DNA of 27,235 nucleotides from a virus. Its lineage: Duplodnaviria; Caudoviricetes. Where the stretch lies: positions 1 through 27,235 of the IMG/VR virus record IMGVR_UViG_3300014309_000021; one strand, given 5' to 3'. The notes under the pieces are model-generated. The model saw only the letters and a list, made by a program, of their open reading frames with translations, had not been told where the DNA came from and did no database searches. A program made the position numbers and the translations under genes. This document shows, one piece after another, positions 16,521 to 24,498 of this stretch (positions are counted from its first letter, which is position 1; each line of letters begins with the position of its first letter).

Positions 16521-16740
16521 ATATTCAACAACCGGTATCGAAACATTGGTAAAAATACTAGGCCGCAAGCCCGAAGCGATTAGAGCCGTTGCGCAGAGAA
16601 TGGGATTGAAAAGGCAAAGGGGAATAAAATCAGTAAAGTCGCACGAACGCAGGTTTCCCGATTCGGTCAGACAAAATTTCGGAATGGCAGCAGATTATTG
16701 GAACGACTTTTATCAAAGCGACGGGAGGGTGATTATATGA
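16480..16740 (+). CDS. Small HTH-like phage protein
   Basis: RWTLEE..IL...Y......L...LGR...AIR..A..MGL. Confidence 0.65.
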   Translation: MRWTLEEKTILMDKYSTTGIETLVKILGRKPEAIRAVAQRMGLKRQRGIKSVKSHERRFPDSVRQNFGMAADYWNDFYQSDGRVII

Positions 16741-17300
16741 GCAGCACAAACAGGGGTGCAATCCGGAATGATCAGGATAATTACATAACACCGGAATGGG
16801 TAGTAAACGCCCTGCTGGATAACATTGATTTACAAGGCGATGAAATTTTGGAGCCATGCGCCGGTGACGGGGCGATAATAAGGGCTTTAATTCAACGGTA
16901 CGGCAACACAAAATATTATACCGCTATTGAGATCCGCGACGAACGCAATAATTTATTAATGGCCGGTGCGGATCGCATTTATAACCAACTTGATTTTTTA
17001 AAAATAGGCGGGCCTGTAAATCCACAAGAAACAACAATTATCACCAACCCGCCCTATGGCATAGCTCAGGAGATTATTGAGCATTGTTTCGAGCTTTATC
17101 CCGAGGATGATATTATAATGCTTCTCAGATTAAACTTTCTTGGTAGTCAAAAACGCAAGGAATTTTGGGAAAGGCATCCAGTAAAACAGATTTATGTCTT
17201 GAGTAAGCGACCAAGTTTTACAGCTGGAGGGACAGACTCCTGCGAATACGCCTGGTTTGTGTGGTCAAAATGGCGGGAACCGCTGGTGAAAGTGATATGA
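16737..17300 (+). CDS. Amino (N6A/N4C) DNA methyltransferase-like protein
   Basis: D.Y.TP, ILEPCAGDG (SAM-binding), IITNPPY catalytic motif. Confidence 0.85.
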   Translation: MSSTNRGAIRNDQDNYITPEWVVNALLDNIDLQGDEILEPCAGDGAIIRALIQRYGNTKYYTAIEIRDERNNLLMAGADRIYNQLDFLKIGGPVNPQETTIITNPPYGIAQEIIEHCFELYPEDDIIMLLRLNFLGSQKRKEFWERHPVKQIYVLSKRPSFTAGGTDSCEYAWFVWSKWREPLVKVI

Positions 17301-17530
17301 CTAAAGAGATCCGCGACAAAATCAATAACCTGCAAACAAATAACAGCCATAAAACGCAACGTATCGCAGAGTTGACCGCAATGGTAGAACCGTTATTAAA
17401 GCTACGGCAAGCCGTAAGTTTGTATTTGGACGCAATGATGGTTGATGAGCCGGTAGAAAAACATTTGGAAGTAATGCGATACTTTTTAAGATTAAGTGAA
17501 AGGCCAAGCGGACAGATGGCGAAGAGGTGA
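17297..17530 (+). CDS. Hypothetical phage protein
   Basis: ATGA overlap. Confidence 0.55.
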   Translation: MTKEIRDKINNLQTNNSHKTQRIAELTAMVEPLLKLRQAVSLYLDAMMVDEPVEKHLEVMRYFLRLSERPSGQMAKR

Positions 17531-17536
17531 ATAAGG

Positions 17537-18382
17537 ATGTTAATTACAGAAACCCTATTTGGCACGGTTGACCGGGTACAAATGGCAATAGACCGATTAA
17601 AACAATTTGAACCGCCAGAAGGTTATTACCTAGCTTTCAGCGGCGGAAAAGATTCCCAAACGATATATCATTTAGCGTTAGAAGCCGGAGTAAGATTTGA
17701 TGCTTATTACAATTTGACAACGGTTGACCCACCGGAGTTGGTGAGGTTTATTAGGGAGAATTACCCGGATGTGGTTTGGAATCGCCCAAAAGAAACAATG
17801 TGGGAGTTGATAACAAGAAAAGGGATGCCGCCAGCACGAATATATCGTTATTGTTGTCACGAGCTGAAAGAACGTGGCGGCGAAAACAGAATGACAGTCA
17901 CAGGCGTTAGATGGGCCGAAAGCGCAAAGAGATCGAAAACACGGGCTACACTCGAAAAAATTGGCAAAACCATCAAAGACAAAATTTTATTTAACGATAA
18001 TGACGATGCGCGGAAAATGACAGAAATTTGTACGGCAAAATCAAAACGAGTTTTAAATCCAATTATTGATTGGGTGGAAAAAGATGTTTGGGATTATCTT
18101 AACTCAAGAAAACTTAAATATTGCGAGCTTTACGATCAAGGGTATAGTCGGCTTGGATGTATCGGATGCCCGATGGGGAATCAAAAACAGCGACTACAAC
18201 AATTTGCCCGATGGCCTAAATACTATCAAGCCTATCTAAGGGCCTTTGATCGGATGCTGAGAGAGAGAGAGAGACGAGAGCTGTTGACAACAAAGTGGAA
18301 AACCGCTCAAGACGTTATGGATTGGTGGATTTATGAAATGAAAGATGATCCGAACCAAGAAAAATTGTTTGAGGATGAATGA
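17537..18382 (+). CDS. PAPS reductase family protein
   Basis: LAFSGGKDS PP-loop, RYCC..LKE, TGVRWAES, NPIIDW, RLGCIGCP. Confidence 0.9.
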   Translation: MLITETLFGTVDRVQMAIDRLKQFEPPEGYYLAFSGGKDSQTIYHLALEAGVRFDAYYNLTTVDPPELVRFIRENYPDVVWNRPKETMWELITRKGMPPARIYRYCCHELKERGGENRMTVTGVRWAESAKRSKTRATLEKIGKTIKDKILFNDNDDARKMTEICTAKSKRVLNPIIDWVEKDVWDYLNSRKLKYCELYDQGYSRLGCIGCPMGNQKQRLQQFARWPKYYQAYLRAFDRMLRERERRELLTTKWKTAQDVMDWWIYEMKDDPNQEKLFEDE

Positions 18383-18575
18383 TTAACGCAATAGCCCGTA
18401 ATTTACCGATTTAAGCCGGGTAAAATCTAAAGGTACGAATCAAGCCGAGACACATTAAACCGCCTTAATCGGGCAGCAGGGGCTTTCTGGACACATTACA
18501 TTAACTTACTAACATCGGCATTACAAAATTAAACTTTAGCGAGTTTACAGAAATGCAACAAAAGGAGTGGGTGAA

Positions 18576-18740
18576 ATGGATTACACCGAGATTAAAAACG
18601 CTACGGTCTATATCTCGGAGGATAAGCAAAAAGTAGTTATAACAGGTTATCCGCAAGGTGAAGAACACAACTGCGACGCTATGGGGTGCGGTCAAAGCCA
18701 CGTTATTGTTAGGGCAAAGATTACTAAATTGGGGATGTGA
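18576..18740 (+). CDS. Small hypothetical protein (54 aa, HNCDAMGC motif)
   Basis: AAGGAG SD; below the ORF-track cutoff. Confidence 0.6.
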   Translation: MDYTEIKNATVYISEDKQKVVITGYPQGEEHNCDAMGCGQSHVIVRAKITKLGM

Positions 18741-18743
18741 GGA

Positions 18744-19154
18744 GTGTTTGAAATGATTAAATTTCGCGGGAAAAGGGTAGATAATGGCGAGTGGGTATAT
18801 TTTAACCATTTTGGAATTTATTGCGACAACGAAGGCAACGAGTTACAACCAAAAAGATTTATAAGAGATTGTGGTTATAAAGTCGATCCCTCCACTGTCG
18901 GCATGGGCGTTGAGATTGATGGGAAATGGTATTTTGATGGCGATATAGCCAAATGTCTCAATACCAATGATGAATGGTATATTTCGGAAATAAAGTTTGA
19001 TGGCAGTGCATTGATAATTGACGTACAACGTTACGATTATGATTATACCGCTATTGGTTGGGCACTGGAAAATGACATTCAGGAAATTAAAATCATTGGC
19101 AATAAATGGGACAACCCGGAATTGTTAGGAGGGCAAAATGAGCAAGGAAATTAA
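18744..19154 (+). CDS. YopX family protein
   Basis: IKFRGKRVDNGEWV...GDI...IIGNKWDNPELL. Confidence 0.85.
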   Translation: MFEMIKFRGKRVDNGEWVYFNHFGIYCDNEGNELQPKRFIRDCGYKVDPSTVGMGVEIDGKWYFDGDIAKCLNTNDEWYISEIKFDGSALIIDVQRYDYDYTAIGWALENDIQEIKIIGNKWDNPELLGGQNEQGN

Positions 19155-19572
19155 ACTTAAAGCTTGGGATAAAGTCAAAAGTGAAATGTGCGATGTAATG
19201 GGTATCGACTTTATTCAAAATATGATTTTGTGTTTCCCGATTACAAGAAGAACGGCAAGAGCTGGGAAATGGCGGCCTTTGGATGAATTTGAATTAATGG
19301 AATTTACCGGTTTACACGACAAGAACAGCAAGGAGATTTATGAGGGGGATGTTGTTCATTATGTTTATAAGCCGGGTGAATGGTATTGGAATCAAGATTG
19401 TATTGGAATAATTAAATGGGGAAGTACGGGCTTTAAAATGGAACCTTTACCCGGAGAAGGTGGGATTTATTCTTGGTTGGTTAGCATTCCTGGAGCGATG
19501 GAACCGAGCTGCAGAGAGTTGTTTGAAATCATCGGCAACGAGTTTGATGGGGTTACAAAATGTGAACCATAA
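19138..19572 (+). CDS. YopX family protein
   Basis: EIKLKAWDK...LMEFTGLHDKNSKEIYEGDVV...EIIGN. Confidence 0.88.
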   Translation: MSKEIKLKAWDKVKSEMCDVMGIDFIQNMILCFPITRRTARAGKWRPLDEFELMEFTGLHDKNSKEIYEGDVVHYVYKPGEWYWNQDCIGIIKWGSTGFKMEPLPGEGGIYSWLVSIPGAMEPSCRELFEIIGNEFDGVTKCEP

Positions 19573-19665
19573 CCCCGACCCGGACACGGCGACCATATGA
19601 AGCCGCCGAGTTAGTCAGATATAAACAGATTGAAACGGAGTTAAACAGGGAAAGGAGGGTGAAGG

Positions 19666-20022
19666 ATGCAGCAGATAGCAAAAGAGGATCAAGACCAGCA
19701 AGCATTAGCAGAGCTTTTGGACGGGCTTAGACTGATATGGAACCATTGCCCCAATGGAGGGAGCAGGAATGTGATTGAAGCCGCCAAGCTAAAGCGAATG
19801 GGTGTTAAAGCGGGGTTTCCTGATGTCACAATTTACAATTCTCCGCCCTGCAACAGAAACGCGAAAGGCGCGGTAATTGAACTAAAACGGGTAGTCGGCG
19901 GCAAGGTATCGCCCGAACAGACAAAATGGTTACATGATTTGGCTGAATTGGGTTGGGTTACGGCAATTTGTTTTGGGATTGATGATGCGATAAAGCAATT
20001 AAGAGCGTGGGGGTATTTGTGA
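19666..20022 (+). CDS. VRR-NUC domain nuclease (Holliday junction resolvase-like)
   Basis: HCPNGG.R...LKRMGVKAGFPD...IELK...S.EQ..W. Confidence 0.9.
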   Translation: MQQIAKEDQDQQALAELLDGLRLIWNHCPNGGSRNVIEAAKLKRMGVKAGFPDVTIYNSPPCNRNAKGAVIELKRVVGGKVSPEQTKWLHDLAELGWVTAICFGIDDAIKQLRAWGYL

Positions 20023-20041
20023 TGAATAAGGAGCTGATGAA

Positions 20042-20212
20042 ATGACCGCATTGGGAATAGTTTTGGAGTCACATAATTACACCGAACATGAGCTTTTAAC
20101 GTCATATTGTCCAACATATTTTATTAAAACCGCGCAGAAATTATGCCAAGAACAAAAGCGAGATTGTGCAAAATGCTGGGAACAAAGGGTTAATAAAGAG
20201 GAACCAAAATGA
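20042..20212 (+). CDS. Small Cys-rich protein (56 aa)
   Basis: AAGGAG SD; CP...C...CAKCW. Confidence 0.55.
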   Translation: MTALGIVLESHNYTEHELLTSYCPTYFIKTAQKLCQEQKRDCAKCWEQRVNKEEPK

Positions 20213-20506
20213 AAAAACAATACACGGACGCAGAAAAGGCAGCTATTGAAACGGAGGGCTTAAGTGAAAACGTATAACATCATTAAATGGCTTGTTTGCT
20301 TTATATATCTTATTTCTGGGTTTATTTTACAATTAAACCGGGAGAAAAATTTAATTGGACAAACTTTTTAATATTTTTATTAAGTGGGATTACGATGACA
20401 CTAATAATTGGAGGTCAAAAATGATTGAAATTGGGCCGAATTTGGCGGAGTCGATAGGCTGCATCATTATTACAATTGGTGTGTTAATAATTTGGAGGTG
20501 GAAAAG

Positions 20507-20857
20507 ATGAAACGAGATCCGCAGAAAGATTTGGAAATATGCAAGAAAGCGACAAAAGGGCCGTGGTCTTTTGGCGATACAGCCAACCACGGATATCATT
20601 TGATAATGCCGTATCTCAATGCGCATGGAGAAATTAAACCGGCAGCAATTTTGCGGCAATGGATTAGACCACCGCAGGGAGAGAACGACATGAAATTTAT
20701 CGCTGAATCTCGCGAGGCGTTGCCACATTGGATCAATCGAGCGGTTGAAGCGGAAAAACTGTTGGAACAAGCGGCGGAAGAAATCGAAAATTGCTACGGG
20801 AAAGAAACGGAGTTATCGAAAAAATTGAGGGGATTTTTAGGAGATGGCAAGGGATGA
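20507..20857 (+). CDS. Ead/Ea22-like phage protein
   Basis: KATKGPW...DMKFIAESREALP pattern. Confidence 0.65.
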   Translation: MKRDPQKDLEICKKATKGPWSFGDTANHGYHLIMPYLNAHGEIKPAAILRQWIRPPQGENDMKFIAESREALPHWINRAVEAEKLLEQAAEEIENCYGKETELSKKLRGFLGDGKG

Positions 20858-21087
20858 GCAAAAACCAACAAATAATCAAAAAAGAACTTGAAAAGTTAGG
20901 GCATATAGGGGTTGAGGTGGTTTTGGAACGCGATTGTTACTACTATAGGTCAGATCAAACCAAAAACGCCTGCAAGAACGATATTAAAAACTCATGGGTA
21001 ATGTTGGGAGTGTCTATCGAAGCAACCATAGCGGGAATTGATGAGGAAAAATATTGGCTAAGAGGTGGCGAAAATGAAACTTTATGA
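20854..21087 (+). CDS. Hypothetical phage protein
   Basis: ATGA overlap. Confidence 0.6.
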   Translation: MSKNQQIIKKELEKLGHIGVEVVLERDCYYYRSDQTKNACKNDIKNSWVMLGVSIEATIAGIDEEKYWLRGGENETL

Positions 21088-21138
21088 ATGTGACGTTTGC
21101 GGTAAAATTGGTGTGGTAATAATTTGGAGGCGGAAAAG

Positions 21139-21423
21139 ATGAAATGGAGTTATGAAGGGATTAGCCGAGATGGAACAATAAAAATTTATCCTGAAATTGG
21201 GATTGATCTTGAACCGCCGCTTTTTGAAGTTCGTACTTTTGACGGTGCAATAAGGGCTTGTAAAGAACACAATAAAATTGAGGTAAGGGTGACAGAAGCA
21301 GAAAATAAACTCAAGATAGCTCAACGCTTTATCAGGGACTTGGCTTTTGGCGATGGAAAAAGCATTCGTGGAGTTATTGATTTTGATGAAGAAATTGAAG
21401 AATTTTTAGGAGGTAATCATTGA
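21139..21423 (+). CDS. Hypothetical phage protein
   Basis: GGAGG SD. Confidence 0.6.
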   Translation: MKWSYEGISRDGTIKIYPEIGIDLEPPLFEVRTFDGAIRACKEHNKIEVRVTEAENKLKIAQRFIRDLAFGDGKSIRGVIDFDEEIEEFLGGNH

Positions 21424-21779
21424 TGACTGACATTTTCGACTTCGAACAATTGCAATTTGAACAAGGAAATTGGCAGGAGCAAAATTTTCCGAGTAGCGGA
21501 ATCCATGAATGCTTTTACGGAGTTGTCGAGGAAATTGGGGAGTTATCTCATGCTTTACTTAAAATGGATCAAGGTATTCGAGGGACAAAAGCAGAGCACA
21601 TGGCAGAGACTAAAGATGCAGTTGGGGACATTATAATATATTTGGCAGGTCTTTGTAACAAAAGGGGAATTAGCCTGCAGAGTGCTGTTGAAATGGCTTG
21701 GAATGAGGTAAAACAGAGGGATTGGGTTAAATATCCAAAGGCAGGAGTGGCAGAGGAATCGATTGGATTAACGGATTAA
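21423..21779 (+). CDS. MazG-like nucleotide pyrophosphohydrolase
   Basis: EEIGEL...DAVGDIIIYL motif. Confidence 0.85.
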   Translation: MTDIFDFEQLQFEQGNWQEQNFPSSGIHECFYGVVEEIGELSHALLKMDQGIRGTKAEHMAETKDAVGDIIIYLAGLCNKRGISLQSAVEMAWNEVKQRDWVKYPKAGVAEESIGLTD

Positions 21780-21790
21780 GGAGAGCGCTA

Positions 21791-21964
21791 ATGTACTATT
21801 TTTTACTATTATTATCAGCTATGGCAGTATCGTTTGGAGCCGTTTTGTGGGGCGGATTGTACGGATTTCTACTATTGCGGGTTGGGCTGTTTGGGTGTTT
21901 TACTACTGCTACATGGATCAGCAGGCATAAGGAGGTCAAGGATGACAAAGATCAAACTTTATAA
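21791..21964 (+). CDS. Small membrane protein (57 aa)
   Basis: AAGGAG SD; hydrophobic; explains the spurious N-terminus of track ORF 21834. Confidence 0.5.
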   Translation: MYYFLLLLSAMAVSFGAVLWGGLYGFLLLRVGLFGCFTTATWISRHKEVKDDKDQTL

Positions 21965-22469
21965 CTTAACAGAGCGTAAATTTGTCGCAAATGTTGACGG
22001 CAATCTTAATGCCAAAATGGATAATTGTATTATGGTTGAGTTGGATAGCGATATGGATATCAAGGCGACGCTGAGGGCTTATAATGACATGTTGACCGCC
22101 AAAGATATAATCAGTCATAAATTAGAGTCCGAGTTAAACCAGAGAACCGCCCTACAAGCTGCAAACAACGACGGAATGCCACATGGGACGGAAACAAGTG
22201 ATCCGGTATATAAAAAAGTACTACTACTATTACAACAAGACGCGATGATCAAAAAGCTGGAATGCGATTTGTGCCGGGTAAAAAATGATTTGTTGGTAAT
22301 TAATATTATGTTTGACCAGCTGGTGCCGGAAGAAAAAACCATCACGGAATACTACTACATAAAAGGTTACAATTGGAGTAAAATAGCCGGGATGGTGCAT
22401 TATAGCCGTGCAGAATGCTTCCGAAAACGCGATTCCGCCCTGCAAAAAATGCAACTATTTTTATGTTAA
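21942..22469 (+). CDS. ArpU/RinA-like (DUF1492-type) late transcriptional activator
   Basis: DGMPHG..SDPV, C-terminal sigma-region-4-like YIKGYNWSKIAGMVHYSRAECFRKRDSAL; last gene of the early operon. Confidence 0.8.
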   Translation: MTKIKLYNLTERKFVANVDGNLNAKMDNCIMVELDSDMDIKATLRAYNDMLTAKDIISHKLESELNQRTALQAANNDGMPHGTETSDPVYKKVLLLLQQDAMIKKLECDLCRVKNDLLVINIMFDQLVPEEKTITEYYYIKGYNWSKIAGMVHYSRAECFRKRDSALQKMQLFLC

Positions 22470-22480
22470 ATTATTACAAT

Positions 22481-22510
22481 AAAATACCACCGTAAAGGTG
22501 GTTATTTTTT
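22481..22510. terminator. Terminator (probably bidirectional)
   Basis: AAAATACCACC-GTAAA-GGTGGTTATTTTTT between convergent genes. Confidence 0.75.
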
Positions 22511-22511
22511 A

Positions 22512-22661
22512 CTACTTTTTTTGTTTTCCCATATCGGCCTCAATCAAACGCTGAATGATATTGGCCGCGCTGGTATATTTTCCGGCTTGAGTTTCTTCAT
22601 AAGCTTTTTCGCGCAGATATTTTACATGTTCCGGCTGCAAATAAGTTGTAAATTTTGGCAT
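22512..22661 (-). CDS. 49-aa ribbon-helix-helix-like regulator (MPKFTTYLQPEHVKYLREKAYEE...SAANIIQRLIEADM)
   Basis: AAAGGAGGG SD, own promoter; beta-helix-helix pattern; missed by the ORF track. Confidence 0.7.
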   Translation of the reverse strand: MPKFTTYLQPEHVKYLREKAYEETQAGKYTSAANIIQRLIEADMGKQKK

Positions 22662-22682
22662 GGTAATCCCTCCTTTTAATTG

Positions 22683-22711
22683 ATTGTACCATATATACGT
22701 TTACCCGTCAA
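22683..22711 (-). promoter_or_regulatory. SigA promoter of the RHH gene
   Basis: TTGACG-17-TACAAT with a CGTATATA box in the spacer. Confidence 0.75.
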
Positions 22712-22792
22712 GAAAATTGCTTATATAATATATGAAAATAAAAACAGCAGATAAAAGGCATAAAAAATAATTAAAAACTTTTTAAAAAGTAC

Positions 22793-22821
22793 TTGACGTA
22801 TAGAAGTATATACGGTATAAT
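22793..22821 (+). promoter_or_regulatory. Strong SigA promoter of the accessory cassette with an operator palindrome
   Basis: A-rich UP element, TTGACG-17-TATAAT; CGTATA-N6-TATACG inverted repeat at 22797-22814. Confidence 0.85.
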
Positions 22822-22857
22822 AAGAATGTAATTAAGAAACGAAAGGGGACGGGGAAA

Positions 22858-23064
22858 ATGATTAAATACCAAATAGAGGGCTATTTCTCAACAAGGCAAT
22901 GTGGAAAAATCAAAGAAAAGCTGCAAGGCAAAACCTACATGAATTTTAATATTGAATGCGGCGGGGTGGCTGGAAACAATGAAATTGTTGTAACCAGCAA
23001 TTACGACGGGACGAACGAAGATTTAAAGGAAATGTTTATACATTATGTTTTGAATTGTTTATAA
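22858..23064 (+). CDS. Small hypothetical protein (cassette gene 1)
   Basis: First gene after the promoter. Confidence 0.7.
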   Translation: MIKYQIEGYFSTRQCGKIKEKLQGKTYMNFNIECGGVAGNNEIVVTSNYDGTNEDLKEMFIHYVLNCL

Positions 23065-23140
23065 CTCAGTCGGCGGTCGGATCGTGCGGGGGCGAAAGCC
23101 CCACTCTAAGAAGGGGACTAGAAAGGAAAGGGGATTCGAA

Positions 23141-23350
23141 ATGAAAAAAATAAACTATATGCCAACGGTCGAATATCGAGGGAAAATCTATAAGCTAAAA
23201 AGCCGTAAAACCGCAATACCAAATCTTGATTTGATGGACGATATCTCTACCGCTCTATGGCTGCTCAGAAATACAGTTGCAAAAGGGTACAGTAAGGTAC
23301 AAAATCCGTTGGCGGGCATGGCCGATGTTTTGAATATAAATGGCAAATAA
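23141..23350 (+). CDS. Small hypothetical protein (cassette gene 2)
   Basis: AAAGGGG SD before ATG 23141. Confidence 0.65.
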   Translation: MKKINYMPTVEYRGKIYKLKSRKTAIPNLDLMDDISTALWLLRNTVAKGYSKVQNPLAGMADVLNINGK

Positions 23351-23378
23351 AAGGCCGCTTGAAGGAAGGGTGATTGAA

Positions 23379-23558
23379 ATGTTTAAATATTTTTACAGAC
23401 TGCGTCCGCCGGGGCCGGGATGTCAGCCAAGAGGGTTTATAGAGGTCAAGGAGGAGGATATAAACCAAGGGCAGCATTATTGGGGCTGGGTTACGTATGA
23501 TCGGGAGTTATCTCCTGCTGAGATTAATAATTATGATTTGGAGGTATCGCAATGTTAA
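23379..23558 (+). CDS. Stand-alone DarA C-terminal-like domain protein
   Basis: Y.YRLRPPGPGCQPRG...WGWVTYDRELS..EI..YDL matches the DarA_C polyvalent-protein domain pattern. Confidence 0.7.
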   Translation: MFKYFYRLRPPGPGCQPRGFIEVKEEDINQGQHYWGWVTYDRELSPAEINNYDLEVSQC

Positions 23559-23830
23559 AATTTCTTTGGAACGGAATAAAACTTGATGGTAAACTCTACC
23601 GGGCGCGATACTCGCCAAATGAGCTAATCAATCAACCAAACGGGACGATTACAATTTATGCAAAAGATTACGGACGGTTTCCTAAAATTGAGGGGCTGAC
23701 GGTACAAAATGATAGCGACTTAATGACTGATTACCATGCTAAAGATTTAATCAAGGTAACACCTAATAACCCGCATTATGCAGCGGTAAAAGCTGCACTG
23801 GATGCGGAAAATAGACATTATAGCCGGTGA
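23552..23830 (+). CDS. Conserved-looking small MGE protein (KF.WNGIK...TITIYAKDY...NDSD.MTDY)
   Basis: GGAGG SD; function unknown. Confidence 0.7.
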   Translation: MLKFLWNGIKLDGKLYRARYSPNELINQPNGTITIYAKDYGRFPKIEGLTVQNDSDLMTDYHAKDLIKVTPNNPHYAAVKAALDAENRHYSR

Positions 23831-23841
23831 ATTACGGCTTA

Positions 23842-23897
23842 TTTATTATAAATGAGTCTAAAGACCTATTTATAATAAAGATAATAAATGTTATACT
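23842..23897 (+). promoter_or_regulatory. Internal promoter with a 12-bp inverted repeat
   Basis: TTTATTATAAAT...ATTTATAATAAA; TTTATA-17-TATACT with TG extension. Confidence 0.5.
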
Positions 23898-23947
23898 TAT
23901 ATCAAGATAAAGATTAGCTCAACCGAAAGGGCGGAAGGAGATTAAAA

Positions 23948-24211
23948 ATGAAAAACGTTTATTATATCTTAATGCCGCGAGGGTTCACAAACGAAGCGAA
24001 AATTATCTGCGTGGAATCCGATAGAGAACAAGAGTTAAAAAGCTGGCTGGAACAGAAACATGTAGGGCAGGAAAACATCAACGCGATTTACCGCCGTATG
24101 TCGCTCAAAGAGGCTAAAAAGTATGAAAAAAGCTACTGTGAATTTGACGATTATAAAAACGATTCGGCTTGCAGAGCTTACTATTTTAACCCCAAGCAAA
24201 ATCAATATTAG
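23948..24211 (+). CDS. Small hypothetical protein
   Basis: AAGGAG SD. Confidence 0.7.
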   Translation: MKNVYYILMPRGFTNEAKIICVESDREQELKSWLEQKHVGQENINAIYRRMSLKEAKKYEKSYCEFDDYKNDSACRAYYFNPKQNQY

Positions 24212-24263
24212 CAGAGAGCGCCCCACGGGGCGTAATGCGCCGGAGGTCAGTCTCAAGTCTGGC
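24211..24263 (+). ncRNA. Twister ribozyme, circularly permuted (type-P5-like)
   Basis: GCA-GA-GAG / P1 CGCCC-CACG-GGGCG / UAA-UGC / P4 GUCA...UGGC with loop GUCUCAAGUC; T1 CUC:GAG; predicted cut between U24233 and A24234. Confidence 0.75.
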
Positions 24264-24285
24264 GCAAAAAAAGGAGGAAATGAAA

Positions 24286-24480
24286 ATGTTATCTAATAAA
24301 CTTTCGGAAAACATTAAAAAAGAATTATCAAATTGTCAGACTATCGAAGATTTGGCGCGTGTTATCGGTTCAGCGCATTGGTTTGGAATTGAAGAATGTT
24401 TTTGTTATGAGGTGGATTGTGAAAGCAACCGAAATCCTATTTATAACGAGCAAGGAGAACGGATTTATCCCGTTAAATAA
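24286..24480 (+). CDS. Small hypothetical protein
   Basis: AAGGAGG SD just after the ribozyme. Confidence 0.65.
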   Translation: MLSNKLSENIKKELSNCQTIEDLARVIGSAHWFGIEECFCYEVDCESNRNPIYNEQGERIYPVK

Positions 24481-24498
24481 ATTTTGGAGGCGGAACAA

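Noticed and set aside
18259-18273. GA dinucleotide run as a phase-variation tract
   Set aside because: Short, in frame, encodes an RERER helix; no sign of slippage
21834-21941. Hydrophobic N-terminal extension of the ArpU-like protein
   Set aside because: AAGGAGG SD supports ATG 21942; the region is better explained by ORF 21791-21964
290-22454. Numerous minus-strand ORFs in the track (e.g. 290-643, 4751-5005, 15596-15916, 20390-20770)
   Set aside because: Antisense shadows of well-supported plus-strand genes, no SD, atypical composition
23915-23940. Twister-sister-like motif (GCTCA-ACC-GAAA-GG)
   Set aside because: Too short; remaining stems and conserved loop not found
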